Below, in pieces: positions 51,270 through 64,000 of a stretch of 64,000 nucleotides of DNA; the stretch's first letter is position 1, and each line of letters starts with the position of its first letter. A program made the position numbers and the translations under genes. The notes under the pieces were generated by a model. That model was not told the DNA's origin, made no database searches, and saw only the letters and a program-made list of their open reading frames with translations. Origin of the DNA: Octopus sinensis (Eukaryota); the NCBI RefSeq assembly GCF_006345805.1, contig NC_043016.1, forward strand, positions 16,802,001 through 16,866,000, given 5' to 3'.

Positions 51270-52560
51270 TTTTACAAAAGCTGAACTTATATATATGTGA
51301 AATGACATAACAATGCTCAAATTTATTCAGCAAATGTAAAAATATTGTAGAAAGAGCAAACCGTACATCTGGAAAAACCAATCCTAACCGGGTGCAAGTT
51401 GATAATAGAGTAATACCTAGAATTCTTTGGAAAATTCCTAATAATAGCTTCCCAAAACTGCAAAGGAAGATTAGATTTAGTTTGTCTCCCATAGGGAATA
51501 ATCAACCAAATAGTTTTACTATTAGTTGCCTGATTTTTAGTTTAACCATCTTTAAAAGACATCGATTTACCTTTAGAATGAAACAAGGGGTTTAAATAAG
51601 GGTTATCTCCCTTCCTCTGTTTGGTGTTGGTGTATAAATTAAAATTGATATCGTTTATATCGTTACAACTAGATTTCATGTCTCCATTAGTAAAGGTAGA
51701 ATAAGATTGAATGGAATTAATGCAGGTAACTTTATCTGTATAACCTGCTTTAAGTTATTGAAAATGTCAACATTGGCAGATAACTTAGACAATCTAAATG
51801 AAATATCCTTAACTAAGTTCTTACTGATTGCCCTAGAATGATTACTGAATTGGCTAATATACTTAAGATTGGTCGATGGTTTGTGGTATAGGAAGTACGA
51901 ATTATTGGGTAAGTTAAGTGTAGCATCTAAAAAGTTGGCCTTCATTACATCATCATCAAAAACAATGCTTAAGCCCATTCTAGAGAAAAACTTAAACTAT
52001 TCTTAACCTTTTGTACTTTTTGGTTAGAAACATTTTGAAGGTAAAGTAAACAATCACCATGATATAGACCTCCATTTATGTTTGGGAACTGGTCTGCCAT
52101 TTCATAAGTGTATATATATACAGACTAAATCAGCTATTTGTGCTGAATCAGAACTTCCTATCGTAACATCAAACCATCGTGTGTGTCTTTATGGACCCAC
52201 ATCTTATTATCAAACTTTATGATAGATTTTCTGGCAGCCAACATTAATTTCTTCCCAGGTGAGACCAGCTTTGATATGAGCAAGCCAAAGTACTATTGGG
52301 TTGATGGAGGAATAAAAACTAGAAATGTCCAACTGGACAAACTTAGTGCTCCTCTTATTAGTAATAGAACTAAACCAGTCAACGACTTGGAATGAATTGG
52401 ACCATAAACTAAGCTTTAATTATTTTTAACTAAGGTAGGAATACATTTATCTAGAATATTTTTACTAAGTACACTGATGTCAGAGCTAGAAAGACAGATA
52501 AGCCTCAAGGATGGGTTATTAAAAAAATGTTGCTTATGATCTTTCCGTTCATCATTATGC
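51270..52560 (-). mobile_element. Penelope-like RT relic (same clade as 10400-11970)
   Basis: [47 protein letters not shown] and IIPYGRQTKSN remnants. Confidence 0.8.
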
Positions 52561-52824
52561 ATATATATATATATACATGTACATATATATATATATATAC
52601 ATATATATATGTATATAACATATTTATATGCATATATATACATGTACATATATGCATATACACATGTATATATATGCATATACACATGTATATATATGCA
52701 TATACACATGTATATAAATGCATATACATATATATATATGCATATATATATATATGCATATATATATATATGCATATATATACACATATATATTTTTGGT
52801 TTTGAATTTGTGTGAATGTCATCA

Positions 52825-54560
52825 TCATCATCGTTTAACGTCTGTTTTCTGTGCTAGCACGGGTTGGACAGTTCGACCGGGGTCTGGGAAGCCAAGAGGT
52901 TGCACCAGGCTCCAGTCTGATCTGGCAGTGTTTCTACAGCTGGATGCCCTTCCTAACGCCAACCACTCCGTGAGTGTAGTGGGTGCCGTTTATGTGCCAC
53001 TGGCACAGGTGTCAGGGCAGGCTGGCAACGGCTATGATCAGTTGGTGCTTTTTCGTGCCACTGATACAGAAGCTGGCATCGGCCACGTTCGGATGGTGCT
53101 TTTTACGTGCTGCCGGCACAGGTATCATAACTACAATTTCCATTTTATATTTATTTTGATGTTGATGTACTTGACTCAATAGGTCTCCTCAAGCACAGCA
53201 GGTCACTCTACGATCCAAGGTAAGCACAGCAAGTCGTTCTACAATCCAAGGTACTTTGGATAGGCTGGGGCTATGTGAAACTGGTGCAGGAAACAGCCAT
53301 GAACTCATGTTATTTGTTGGGTCTTTGCAGTCACAGCATATCTCCAGAGGTCTCAGTCTTTCGTCATTGCCTCTGTGAGACCCAACGTTTGAAGGTCAGG
53401 CTTGACTACCTCATCCCATGTCTTCTTGGGTCTACCTCTCCACCTGATACTTCCAACTTTTTGGGAGTGGCACTTCTTCACACATCTCTCCTCATCCATC
53501 CGTAGTACATGACCATACCAGCATAGACGTCTCTCTTGCACGCCACATCCAATGCTTCTTATGTCCAGCATGTCTCTCAGGTTGCTTATATATTTATTTA
53601 TATGTATATAAATATGTGTATATATATATATAAGTATATGTAAATATATAGCGGTTGAGGGAACCTGTGGAAGAGGTAGACCCAGGAAGACCTGGGATGA
53701 AGTGGTGCAGTACAACCTTCGAATATTAGGCCTCACCAAGGCAATGACTTTTGGAAATATGCTGTGTTTGAGAAGACCCTGCTAGCCAAATGAGACCATA
53801 ACCTCGTGGTCTATGCCAGGGGTGTAACCAGCCCACTTACGCATACCTTTTCCTTCTTTGGACACTAAACTCTGCTTGCAAAGACGTGTTGAGGCAAGTG
53901 AAATCGAAATCAAATTCGATGACTGGCATCTGTGCTTTGGAGCGCTAAGAGCACCATTTGAGTGTGATCGTTACCAGCGTTGCCATACTGGCACGTGAAA
54001 ATGCATTCGAATCAGGTCATTGCCAGTGCTGCTGACTGGCTCCTGTGCAGGTGGCATGTAAAAAACACTATTTGAACATGGCTGTTGCCAGTACCGCCTG
54101 ACTGGCCCTTGTGCCAGTGGCACATAAAAGCACCCACTACACTCTCAGAGTGATTGGCGTTAGGAAGGGCATCCAGTTGTAGAAACTCTGCCAGATCAAG
54201 ATTGGAGCCTGGTGCAGCCATCTGGTTTTCCAGTCCTCAGTCAAATCGTCCAATCCATGCTAGCATGGAAAGTGGACGTTAAACGACGATGATGATGATG
54301 ATGATATATGCCGTTTGCCAGCTCTGTCTGGCCCCGTGCCGGTGACACGTAAAAGCACCATCTGTTCGTGGCCGTTTGCCAGCTCTGTCTGCCACCTGTG
54401 CAGGTGGCACGTAAAAAACACCCACTACACTCTCGGAGTGGTTGGCGTTAGGAAGGGCATCCAGCCGTAGAAACACTGCCAGATCTGACTGGGCCTGACG
54501 AAGCCTTCCAGCTTCACAGACCCCAGTTGACCCATCCAACCCATGCTAGCATGGAAAGCG
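52825..54560. mobile_element. Back-to-back RTE 3' ends (52825-53578 minus; 53650-54560 plus)
   Basis: GVQERRLCWYGHV on the minus strand and GRGRPRKTWDEVV on the plus strand; both end in (TGA)n-type tails. Confidence 0.8.
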
Positions 54561-54692
54561 GACGCATCTATATATGTATATATATGTAGATATAGATATA
54601 TATGTATTTATATATGTATACAGTTATATATATATGTATGTATATATATATATATAAATGTATGTATGTATGTATATATATGTGTGTATATT

Positions 54693-54920
54693 CTGCGAGC
54701 TGGCAGAAACGTTAGCGCACCGGGCAAAATGCGTAGCCGTATTTTGTCTGCCGCTACATTCTGAGTTCAAATTTCGCCGAGGTTGACTTTGCCTTTCATC
54801 CTTTCGGGGTCGATAAATTAAGTACCAGTTACACACTGGGTCAATGTAATCGACTTAATCCCTTTGTCTGTCCTTGTTTGTCCCCTCTGTGTTTAGCCCC
54901 TTGTGGGTAGTAAAGAAATA
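54693..54920 (+). mobile_element. Full-length SINE family B
   Basis: GAGCTGGCAGAAACGTTAG head, GAGTTCAAAT B-box, conserved central core, and tail ending GTGGGTAGTAAAGAAATA. Confidence 0.8.
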
Positions 54921-55544
54921 TATATATATGTGTGTGTGTATATATATATGTATGTATGTATATAATTTAGATAGGGTAGAAAAAACTATAAAAATTTTTG
55001 GTACTGGTGGCCTAGTATGTATACAAAGTCAATAGACATTTTTCATATAAAAATTAGTGTACATTTATATACAAAGAAGCAAGCCTTTAACAGGTTGCTT
55101 AACATACTAGAAAGAACAGTCAAAAAGTCCAATTTCTATAATTTTTCCTACCCTATATACATTTAAGAAATGATTTTAGCAATTTCTGAAGTTTAATCAG
55201 AATTTTTATTTGCTGCCGATTGAAACTACGCTTACATGGTGGATTTAAAAAATTTGTAAAATATAAGTATGAGACGCGTGCTATTTGGTCTCTAATTTAT
55301 ATGTTATTGTTTGGGCATATCCACTGATGAGAACTTTGCCTTGCAATTTATTTTATTTGCTAATTAAAGTTCAAAATCTGAGGTCCGGCTGTAAAACATG
55401 GTAAATGTTTATATCTTTCATTCCCTTCGAAATGTATATATATGTATATCTGTGCATATATATATATATATGTGTGTGTATTTGTATATATACATGTATA
55501 TATATATGTGTGTGTGTGTATAATAATAATAATATTAGGGAGTA

Positions 55545-56167
55545 TAACTCCAAACTTACAGGGAAAAATTCAATTTAGTATTAAATCAAATTTCACAATA
55601 TATATATATAAAATATAAATTAGAGATAAAACTACTATTATGCAACTCAAACAGTGATAGACATAAACCTAAACATAAATAACAATATATATTTTTATAA
55701 AACAATATTTAGATCTCAAAAAGTATAAAAATGAATGATCAATATATAACAGGTAAAAAAAAACATATCATAAATTTAATGAAAACCATAGATATATAAA
55801 TGCTAATAGTAATCACTCACCATCAATTAAAAAAATCATTGATGAATAATATTAGTAAATGAATATCATTACTTACTTATGATTTAGAAATTTTCAATAA
55901 ACATGCACCTTATTATAATGAAGCCCCGCAAGAGGCAGGATATAATAATAATATTAAATTCTTTAATAATTATTATAATAGTAATATTAGTAGTAATAAT
56001 AAAAATAGTATTTATAATAATAATAATAATATAAATAAAAATAAAAGTAGAAATAAGACGAATTTTAATTTTAATTCAATAAATGATAATAAGTTATAAT
56101 TATAATTTTAATAATATTAAAAAGAAATATAATAATAATAATATGATTAATAATAATAGTGTTAATT

Positions 56168-56198
<31 letters not shown>

Positions 56199-57640
56199 TA
56201 TAAATAATAGGAATAAAATTTGGTTAATTGTTCCTTATGGGGCTCAAGTTAAAACTAATATTATTAAAGAGATTTTAAATATTATTGAACAATTCATTCA
56301 TGATAATCGTAAATATAAAAAATATTTTCTCTAGTAATAATTTTGGAGTTGGTTATTCTACCACTAATAATGTAGGTAACATTATTTCTTCTTTTAACAA
56401 ATTTAAGTTGAATAATTTTTATAAAACGAAATTTTATAATCATACCAATAATAATACAGATAAGGCACTCATATTGTACATGTAGAGATAAAACTAATTG
56501 TGAAATTAATAATAAATGTGATTTAAACAATGTTGTATATAAATGTATAGTTACTTGAATTAATGAGAATAATAGGAATAATAATAACTTAAATACCATT
56601 TATACAGGGTTCACTTCCTCTAAAATTAAATTAAGAGTAGCTCAGCATATGCATTCCTTTAAGAATAGAAATCTTATGAACTCTACTGGGCTTAACAAAT
56701 ATACATATGAGAACTTAAATCCCAATGAATTAAGTATAATTTAAAGTGGAAAGATAATTTGTAAGGCGAAATCATATAGTATAGGTAGTAATTCTCGTTT
56801 TTTATGTTCTAGTGAATTTAAAGAAATATGCTGTGCTTGAGAAGACCCAGCAAGCCAAATGAGACCATAACCTCGTGGCCTATGCCAGGGGCATAACCAA
56901 CCCATTTGTGTGTACCTTTTTCTTCTTTGGACACTAAACTCTGCTTGCAAAGACCTGCTGAGGCAAGTGAAATGGAAATCAAAATCAAAGTGAAATTCGA
57001 TGATGGGCACGAGCACCATATGAGCATGATCGTTGACAGAGCGGCTAACCGGCTTCTGTGCCAGTGGCACATAAAAGGCACCATTCAAGTGTGATCGTTA
57101 CCAGCTTTGCCTCACTGGCACCTGTGCCATTGGCATGTGTAAAAAGATTCGAGCGAGGTCATTGCCAGTACTGCCTGACTGGCCCCCGTGCCGGCGGCAT
57201 GTAAAAGCACCCCTTACACTCTCAGAGTGGTTGGCGTTAGGAAGGGCATCCAGCTGTAGAAACTCTGCCAGATCAAGACTGGAACCTGGTGCAGCCGTCT
57301 GGCTCGCCAGCCCTCAGTCAAACCGTCCAACCCATGCTAGCATGGAAAGCAGACCTTAAATGATGATGATAATTATTTGATAATCATAATAAATTAGTTA
57401 ATTCATTGGACGAGCATAAAATTAAATGTAGACACAAATTACTTTACTTATATAGTAAATTTTTAGATGAATAGCAACTATATTTAAACCTATTTTGTTT
57501 CTAATTTGTAGTAATATTTTGTACTAGCATTAATTCTAAAATTTAGCATGTGATTTTATATTGTATATTACACAATTTAATAAGTCTAATTTAATATTTA
57601 TTATTAAATAAATAAATTAATTAATTAATGATAGTAGTGT
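55545..57640 (+). mobile_element. Very AT-rich Penelope-like relic, interrupted by an RTE 3' end (about 56820-57370)
   Basis: ANSNHSPSIKKII, EIFNKHAPYYNEA and KIWLIVPYG remnants. After the RTE insertion, NKLVNSLDEHKIKCRHK matches the PLE C-terminus. Confidence 0.7.
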
Positions 57641-60600
57641 TGTGATTGCACTTCTATAGGTGGTTTGAGTATAAATCAATAAGAGTGAGTAAAGGTTCTT
57701 TAAATACTTATAGTTAGATTATATTTAGATGTTTATTTTATTACTAAATATATAATTCATTTAATGAATATAGATTAAAAGATAGTTATTTTTTTTGTGG
57801 TTGATATTGTTATTATTATTATGATTATTATATGTCTACTAAAATTAATAGTATTAAGTATATATAACTTTTTTCGTAATAGTTTTAGTATCGTTAAATA
57901 AATCATTTTGAATGTGTAGTAAAATAATTTTTTCTTTATGTACTATTTATTTATAATCATAATATGTACTTTATTTATTCAATTAATGAGCGAAGTATTT
58001 GATCTAAATATAAATTACTTTACCTATATAATAAGTCTAATTTATTATTATTTTAGCATTTGTTTTGAGTATTAATATGATATATAAAATATATTTGTTA
58101 TAAATGACAGTTAAGTTTATAGTTTGTAATAAAATTTTTTATATTAATCAAAATGTATTTATATTATATATTTTGAAGTAGATTTATTTAGATGTTTATT
58201 TAATTAATTAATATTATTTATTAATGAATTTAATTACATTATAGTTTTAAAATTAATTTAAGTTTATTAATTAGTGGTTATAATATAATGATTGAATTAC
58301 TACTGAGTTAATATTGAATGTGTCTAAAAGCTTTATTTAAATAAAGATTTGACTCCAACATAACCATATTTTTTTATATATATATGAAATAAATTTATTT
58401 GTATAAGATTATTAGAGAATATAAAGTAAATGGTAGTTATATAAATTATTTTAATTTATGGAGTTTTGAGTATAATTTATCGTAGTTAATTATAAATTTT
58501 AGGTTTATAATGAAAGATATTATAGTGTATAGCGATTCTATTCTCTATTAGTGACTTTGTTCTTTTTATCTATTAAAGCTAAAATATATTTGTAGTTTTC
58601 ATTGATAAATGAATATTTCCATCTGTTTGTTCTATTTCTGTTGATAACGTAATTCCTCGAGTTTTCTTATAAACTCTTAAAAAGACGTTTTCCGTTTTGA
58701 AATTTTAGTTTCGAGAGTTAAGTAAACTCTTTTATTTAAGAAATTTTATTGTATTCTATATTGATTGTCAAATTTGAATTTATAATTATTTTAGTTGTTA
58801 ATGATAATTTAGATATGTACATTTATTTAATTATTTCTAGTATATAATTATTATAACTGAACGTAAATTTTAAGATATTAGTTAATCACTGTGGTATATA
58901 GATTATAAAAATGTTTTTGATAGTGATGATAATAGTAATAAGATTTTTTTAAAGATAGGTTATATGTTTTTAATTTGATTTTTCAATTTTTAAATTGTAT
59001 TTCATAAATATATTCTATAGATATTTACAATATTTATGTAAGTAATAATGGACTAATTTATTTATTTCTGGTTATATGTTTATATATATTGATAGAGAAA
59101 ATTTTAGATTTTTAATTACTATATTTGTTGAGTATAATTTAGATACTTATTTTTACGTATTTACTATTTTATAATTATTAGATGTGAACTTAAATCTAAA
59201 AATATTAATAGTGATTATTTTGTTAAATAATTTGGTAATTAAATATTGAAGTATAACTAAGTTAAAGATATTCGATAGTTTATTAATGTCTTTTTAAAGC
59301 CAAATTATATCTTCAAAGATAAATACATATTTCTATCTATTTTTTTACCTTAAAAATTAAATATTTAACATAATAAATGTGTTGTAGGAAATAATCCTAA
59401 TGTTTTAAGTTTCAAATTTAGTTAATGGAGTTTTTTTTTATAAGAAAAATTATTTTATTTCTTTTTTATCGAGTTTGGCCATTGCACGAAGCTTAATCAG
59501 TGTTGCTATCGTGCAATTCCTGTGCAAGAAGAGTCAATCCCACTCACTAAGCAACAGCAGCCATAATCCGAAAAGAAGAACAAGTCAACATCATCGGTAA
59601 CCACTGAGCCGCAGGTTTTATGTCGGAGTTATCCCAGTTACCTGAGTTACCTTCTCCTAGAAGGATGCCCTAACAAAGGCTAGGAGTCCTTCACTCCCAA
59701 TGGTTTAACCACGCGATCGGGTATTCAGTCCGATTATTTCTATGTCCCCGCGCATGATACAGCCTTAAGACATTTATTGGATGGCCGTTGACTCTCAAGA
59801 GTTCCTCCACCCTTTGACGGGTTTTGTTTTTCATCCTGCAGGGTTTCCAATAAACACCCTCCTCACCAAGCAAGCTTGGTGGAATTGCCGGTTTAGTCGC
59901 CGATGACCTGACCATGCAACAGGTTGTACTGGGTTACATGTTACCAGTAGCACTCAAAAGTGACCTATATATATATATATGTTCTACTGGCAAGCACTGC
60001 TTGCCTGTAGAACTTTGAAAGCACCATTCAAGAGTGATCGTTGCCAGTGCCGCCAGAGTGGCTTCTGTGCAGGTGGCAATTGAAAAGCACCATTTTAGCA
60101 TGGTTGACGTCAGTACCGGCTAACTGGCCCTCGAGCCGGTGGCATGTAAGAGCACCTACTACACTCTCAGAGTGGTTGGTCTTAGGAAGAGCATCCAGCT
60201 GTAGAAACTCTACCAGATCAAGATTGGAGCCTGGTGCAGCCATCTGGTTCACCAGACCTCAGTCAAATCATCCACTCCATGCTAGCATGGAAAGCGGACA
60301 TTAAACGATGATGATGATACACACACACACATATATATATATATACACACACATGTATACATATATACTCATATATAAATACACACATATATATATACAC
60401 ATATATGTAGCTATACAAACATATATATATATTTATAAATACACACATATATAGACATATATACATACACATTTATATACACACACATATATACATGTAT
60501 ACACACACACATATATATATACACACACATATATATACACAGACATACACATATATATATACACATACATATATATACATGTATACACACATATAAACAC

Positions 60601-60924
60601 ATGTATACACACATATATACACATTTGTATATATATACATCAGCCCCGGGCCGTTTGCCAGCCCCGTCGGACGTTTGCCAGCCCCATATGGCCGTTTGCC
60701 AGCCTCGTCTGGCACGTAAAAAACACCCACTACACTCACGGAGTGGTTGGCGTTAGGAAGGGCATCCAGCCATAGAAACATTGCCAGATCAGACTGGGCC
60801 TGATGCAGCCTCCTGGCTTCCCAGACCCCAGTTGAACCGTCCAACCCATGCTAGCATGGAAAGCGGACTCTAAATGATGATGATGATGATGATGATGACA
60901 CATACATATATAAATACATACAGG

Positions 60925-62748
60925 GATTATCAATGTCTCCTTTTCTCTTGTTTTGAAAGTTCGGAGCATCCATCCAACCAAACATCTGCATTTTATTACC
61001 AAATTGGTAATATGTACTTGGGAGCATGCATCATTGCTCATGTCAATGCCTAGGTCGCACACTGCTTTTGATTCAGGCATTTCAATTCCTCCTGGGCCAG
61101 TGTATCCTGTCTGCATGTCATTAAGCATTGTGTGATAGTAGTGCAGAGCCCGGAATTTTCCTGCATTAAACATTAAACTGCATGTTGTTGTCCTCAGCCC
61201 ACTTGTATATTGCATCCAACTCCCGCTGCAGATGTGCAATATTTCCAGGATTTTGTATTGTCTGAGAGAATTTTGTATCATCTGCATAGCTAGCAAGGGT
61301 GGCTGAGGGCCACTATCAACAGTAGTGGCCCCAAAATATATATGTATGTATTTATTTATTTTTATTTTATTTTATCTAGTTTCAGCTCACGAGCTGTGGC
61401 CATGCTGGGGCACCACCATGTGGTGTTGCTACATGATTTTACTTCACGAATGCTTTTTAGCAACTGCCATTTGGTGCATGAGAGAGTTTGATGCAGCTGC
61501 CCTCATCTGCACCTTCTGCCGTGAAGTTGGTTCATCCGGGACACCTGACAGGAAGAGATTCAGTCCTACTTTAAAGACATCTGCATCCACCCCATGCAGG
61601 TACCTCAGGTTCTTTGGGAGGATATTGAAGAGCTGTGGGCCTCTGAAGCCCAGGCTATCACAGTATCTTGTCCTACATCTTGATGGCATATTTGGAGTCC
61701 TTGGCACTATGCAGTGGCGCCCAGTTCTGGCATTTGTGTAACTCTCGATGCCAAAGTTTGGGACAAGTCCTTCTAGGATCTTCCAGATGTATATTATGGC
61801 ATATCTTTCTTGCCTACGGTCCAAGGAATAGAGTTTTAATCTCTTGAGTCTTTCCCAGTAGCTTATATGCTGCACAGAGGCTATCTTCTTCGTTGGATCG
61901 CCTCAAGTTCTGTGATCAACTTGACACTGGATGGTGACCATAGCTGAGAGCAATAGTCAAAGTGGCTTAGGACAAGTGTCCTCCAGAGGACCATCATGGT
62001 TTCTTGGTCTCTTGTTCTGAAGGTTCTAAGAATCCATCCGGCCAGCCGTCTACATTTCATTGCCAATTTAGCAACATGTACATGAAAGGTTGCGTCATCA
62101 CTCATGTAAATACCCAGGTCACGCACTGATTGTGCCTCTGGAATTGCAATCCCTCCAGGTCCTGTGTATTTATTGGGTATTGCATTTAGTTTTTCATGCT
62201 GATAGCATAAAGCTTGAAACTTTTCAGCATTGAACTGCATGCTATTCTTTTCAGCCCACTTGTATATTTTGTCCAGCTCACATTGCAGGTGCTTAGTGTC
62301 TTCAGGGTTCTGTATTGCCTGTGAAACTTTTGTATCATCTGCATAACTTGTGATCGTGGCTCTCTGCATGGCTGAGGGCATGTCTGAGAGGGCCATTATG
62401 AACAGTAGTGGTCCCAAAACAGTGCCCTGCGGAACACCGCTCACTATTTGCGTGTTAATGGAAGTGGCCCCATTGGCTACTACCACCTGGCTTCTATCCT
62501 TCAGAAAGTCATGAAGCCATTCTCCCAATTTTCCAACTATGTCAAGATCACGCAGTTTGTGACATATCATTCCATGATCGACTTTATCAAAGGCCTTTGC
62601 AAAGTCAAGATATGACTTCCACATTTGAGTGGTTGAGCAGTCATTTCAGCACCCAGTCATAGTGTTGTAGGAGTTGAGTTAGGCAGCTTCTTCCTGGTCG
62701 GAAACCATGTTGGGTGTCAGGCAGCAAGTCATTTTCTTCAAGGAAGGT
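60925..62748 (-). mobile_element. CR1/L2-group LINE (61350-62748, RT to 3' tail) plus a diverged RT fragment (60925-61320)
   Basis: DFAKAFDKVDH, GVPQGTVLGPLLF, SYADDTK, YCSQLWSP and LKLYSLDRRQER motifs; A-rich tail at about 61350-61378. Confidence 0.92.
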
Positions 62749-63546
62749 GATTTATATATATATATTTTTATTTATTCATTTTTTAATGTTTTTTTATTTT
62801 ATTTTTTATTAAATATATAACTATAAAAGTATTAAAAAGTTTAATATAAGATATACTTTTATCTTATATAAAACTTTTTAATACTTTTTGATAGTTATAT
62901 ATATTAAAAAAAATTTTTTTTAATAAATAAATAAATAAAAAAAATAAAATAAAAATATATATATATAAATTAATAATTTAAAATTTTTACTTTAAATTTA
63001 AATAATTTAAATTTTAAATTTTATATATTTTGTATATTATATTAATTAATTGTAGTTCTATGTTTTGATTTATGTTTTTCACTTTGATTTGCCTAATAGT
63101 GGTTTTATCTCTAATTTAATTTATATTTATACTGTAAAATTAGATTTAATCCTAAATCTAATTTTTCCCTGTAAGTTTGGATTTACTCCCTAATATCATT
63201 ATTATACATATATATATATTTATATATATATATATACATATAGATATACATATATAGACATATATATATACACACACATATATACTCAAATATACATATA
63301 TATATATATACATACACACACATATATATATACATATTATACACATTTATATATACATATATATGCACATATATGTACATATATATACTCATATAGATAT
63401 ATATATATATATACAGATATGTATACCATACATATACACACATATGTATATATACACACTTATATACATACATATATATATATATATAAACAATTGCATA
63501 TATATATATACACACACAATTACATATATACACACATAATTACACA

Positions 63547-63577
<31 letters not shown>

Positions 63578-63850
63578 GAGAGAGAGAGATTTATATACAT
63601 GTGCATATGTACATACATGTTCATGTAAGTGCTTTGTATATATATACGTAAGCATAATTGTATATGTAGACATGTATACATATATCCACGTATAGCTTCC
63701 TGGTTAGCGCCATTGAAGCGTTTAAGTTTTGATAGCTATCTTTCTGTATATGAATATATTTGTAACTATATTTTCCTGGTGCAGCAATTTTCTTGCTGAA
63801 GCACTTAGTGGACTACTTCTATAACTGTGTGTATGTGTATACACACATAT

Positions 63851-63881
<31 letters not shown>

Positions 63882-64000
63882 ATTTTGATATATGTTGGTT
63901 GAGTGATAAGAAACTGGCTTCCCAACCACATGGTACCAGGTTCAGTTCCACTGCATGGCACGTTGGGCAAGTACTTGTTCTATAGCCTCGGGTCAACGAA

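Noticed and set aside
57640-59470. Mitochondrial insertion (NUMT)
   Set aside because: No mitochondrial gene, tRNA or rRNA motif recognised, and the block is contiguous with PLE sequence; a database search is needed to exclude it fully.

Overview
AT-rich, microsatellite- and transposon-dense animal genomic DNA. It is most likely a coleoid cephalopod such as Octopus; this is inferred from the repeat landscape and was not verified by a search. One host gene can be reconstructed by hand on the minus strand: a 195-aa calponin/transgelin (myophilin/MP20-like) protein. It has five coding exons (43375-43325, 32913-32839, 31900-31827, 31031-30827, 27772-27590), all introns are GT-AG, and the reading frame is continuous. 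Nearly everything else is decayed mobile DNA: RTE-clade LINEs (with a PHD-like finger inside the RT), CR1/L2-group LINEs, R4/Dong-type LINE tails, Penelope-like elements (PLEs), Tc1, mariner, hAT and Merlin relics, several MITE families and three SINE families. The most notable unexplained structure is a set of about ten minimal type I hammerhead-ribozyme motifs, three of them with intact cores. They repeatedly occur in head-to-head inverted arrangements, and one family joins a tRNA-derived SINE head to a hammerhead tail, making it a candidate Penelope-mobilised ribozyme SINE. Coordinates of repeat boundaries are approximate and were read by eye. Exon and hammerhead coordinates were counted base by base.
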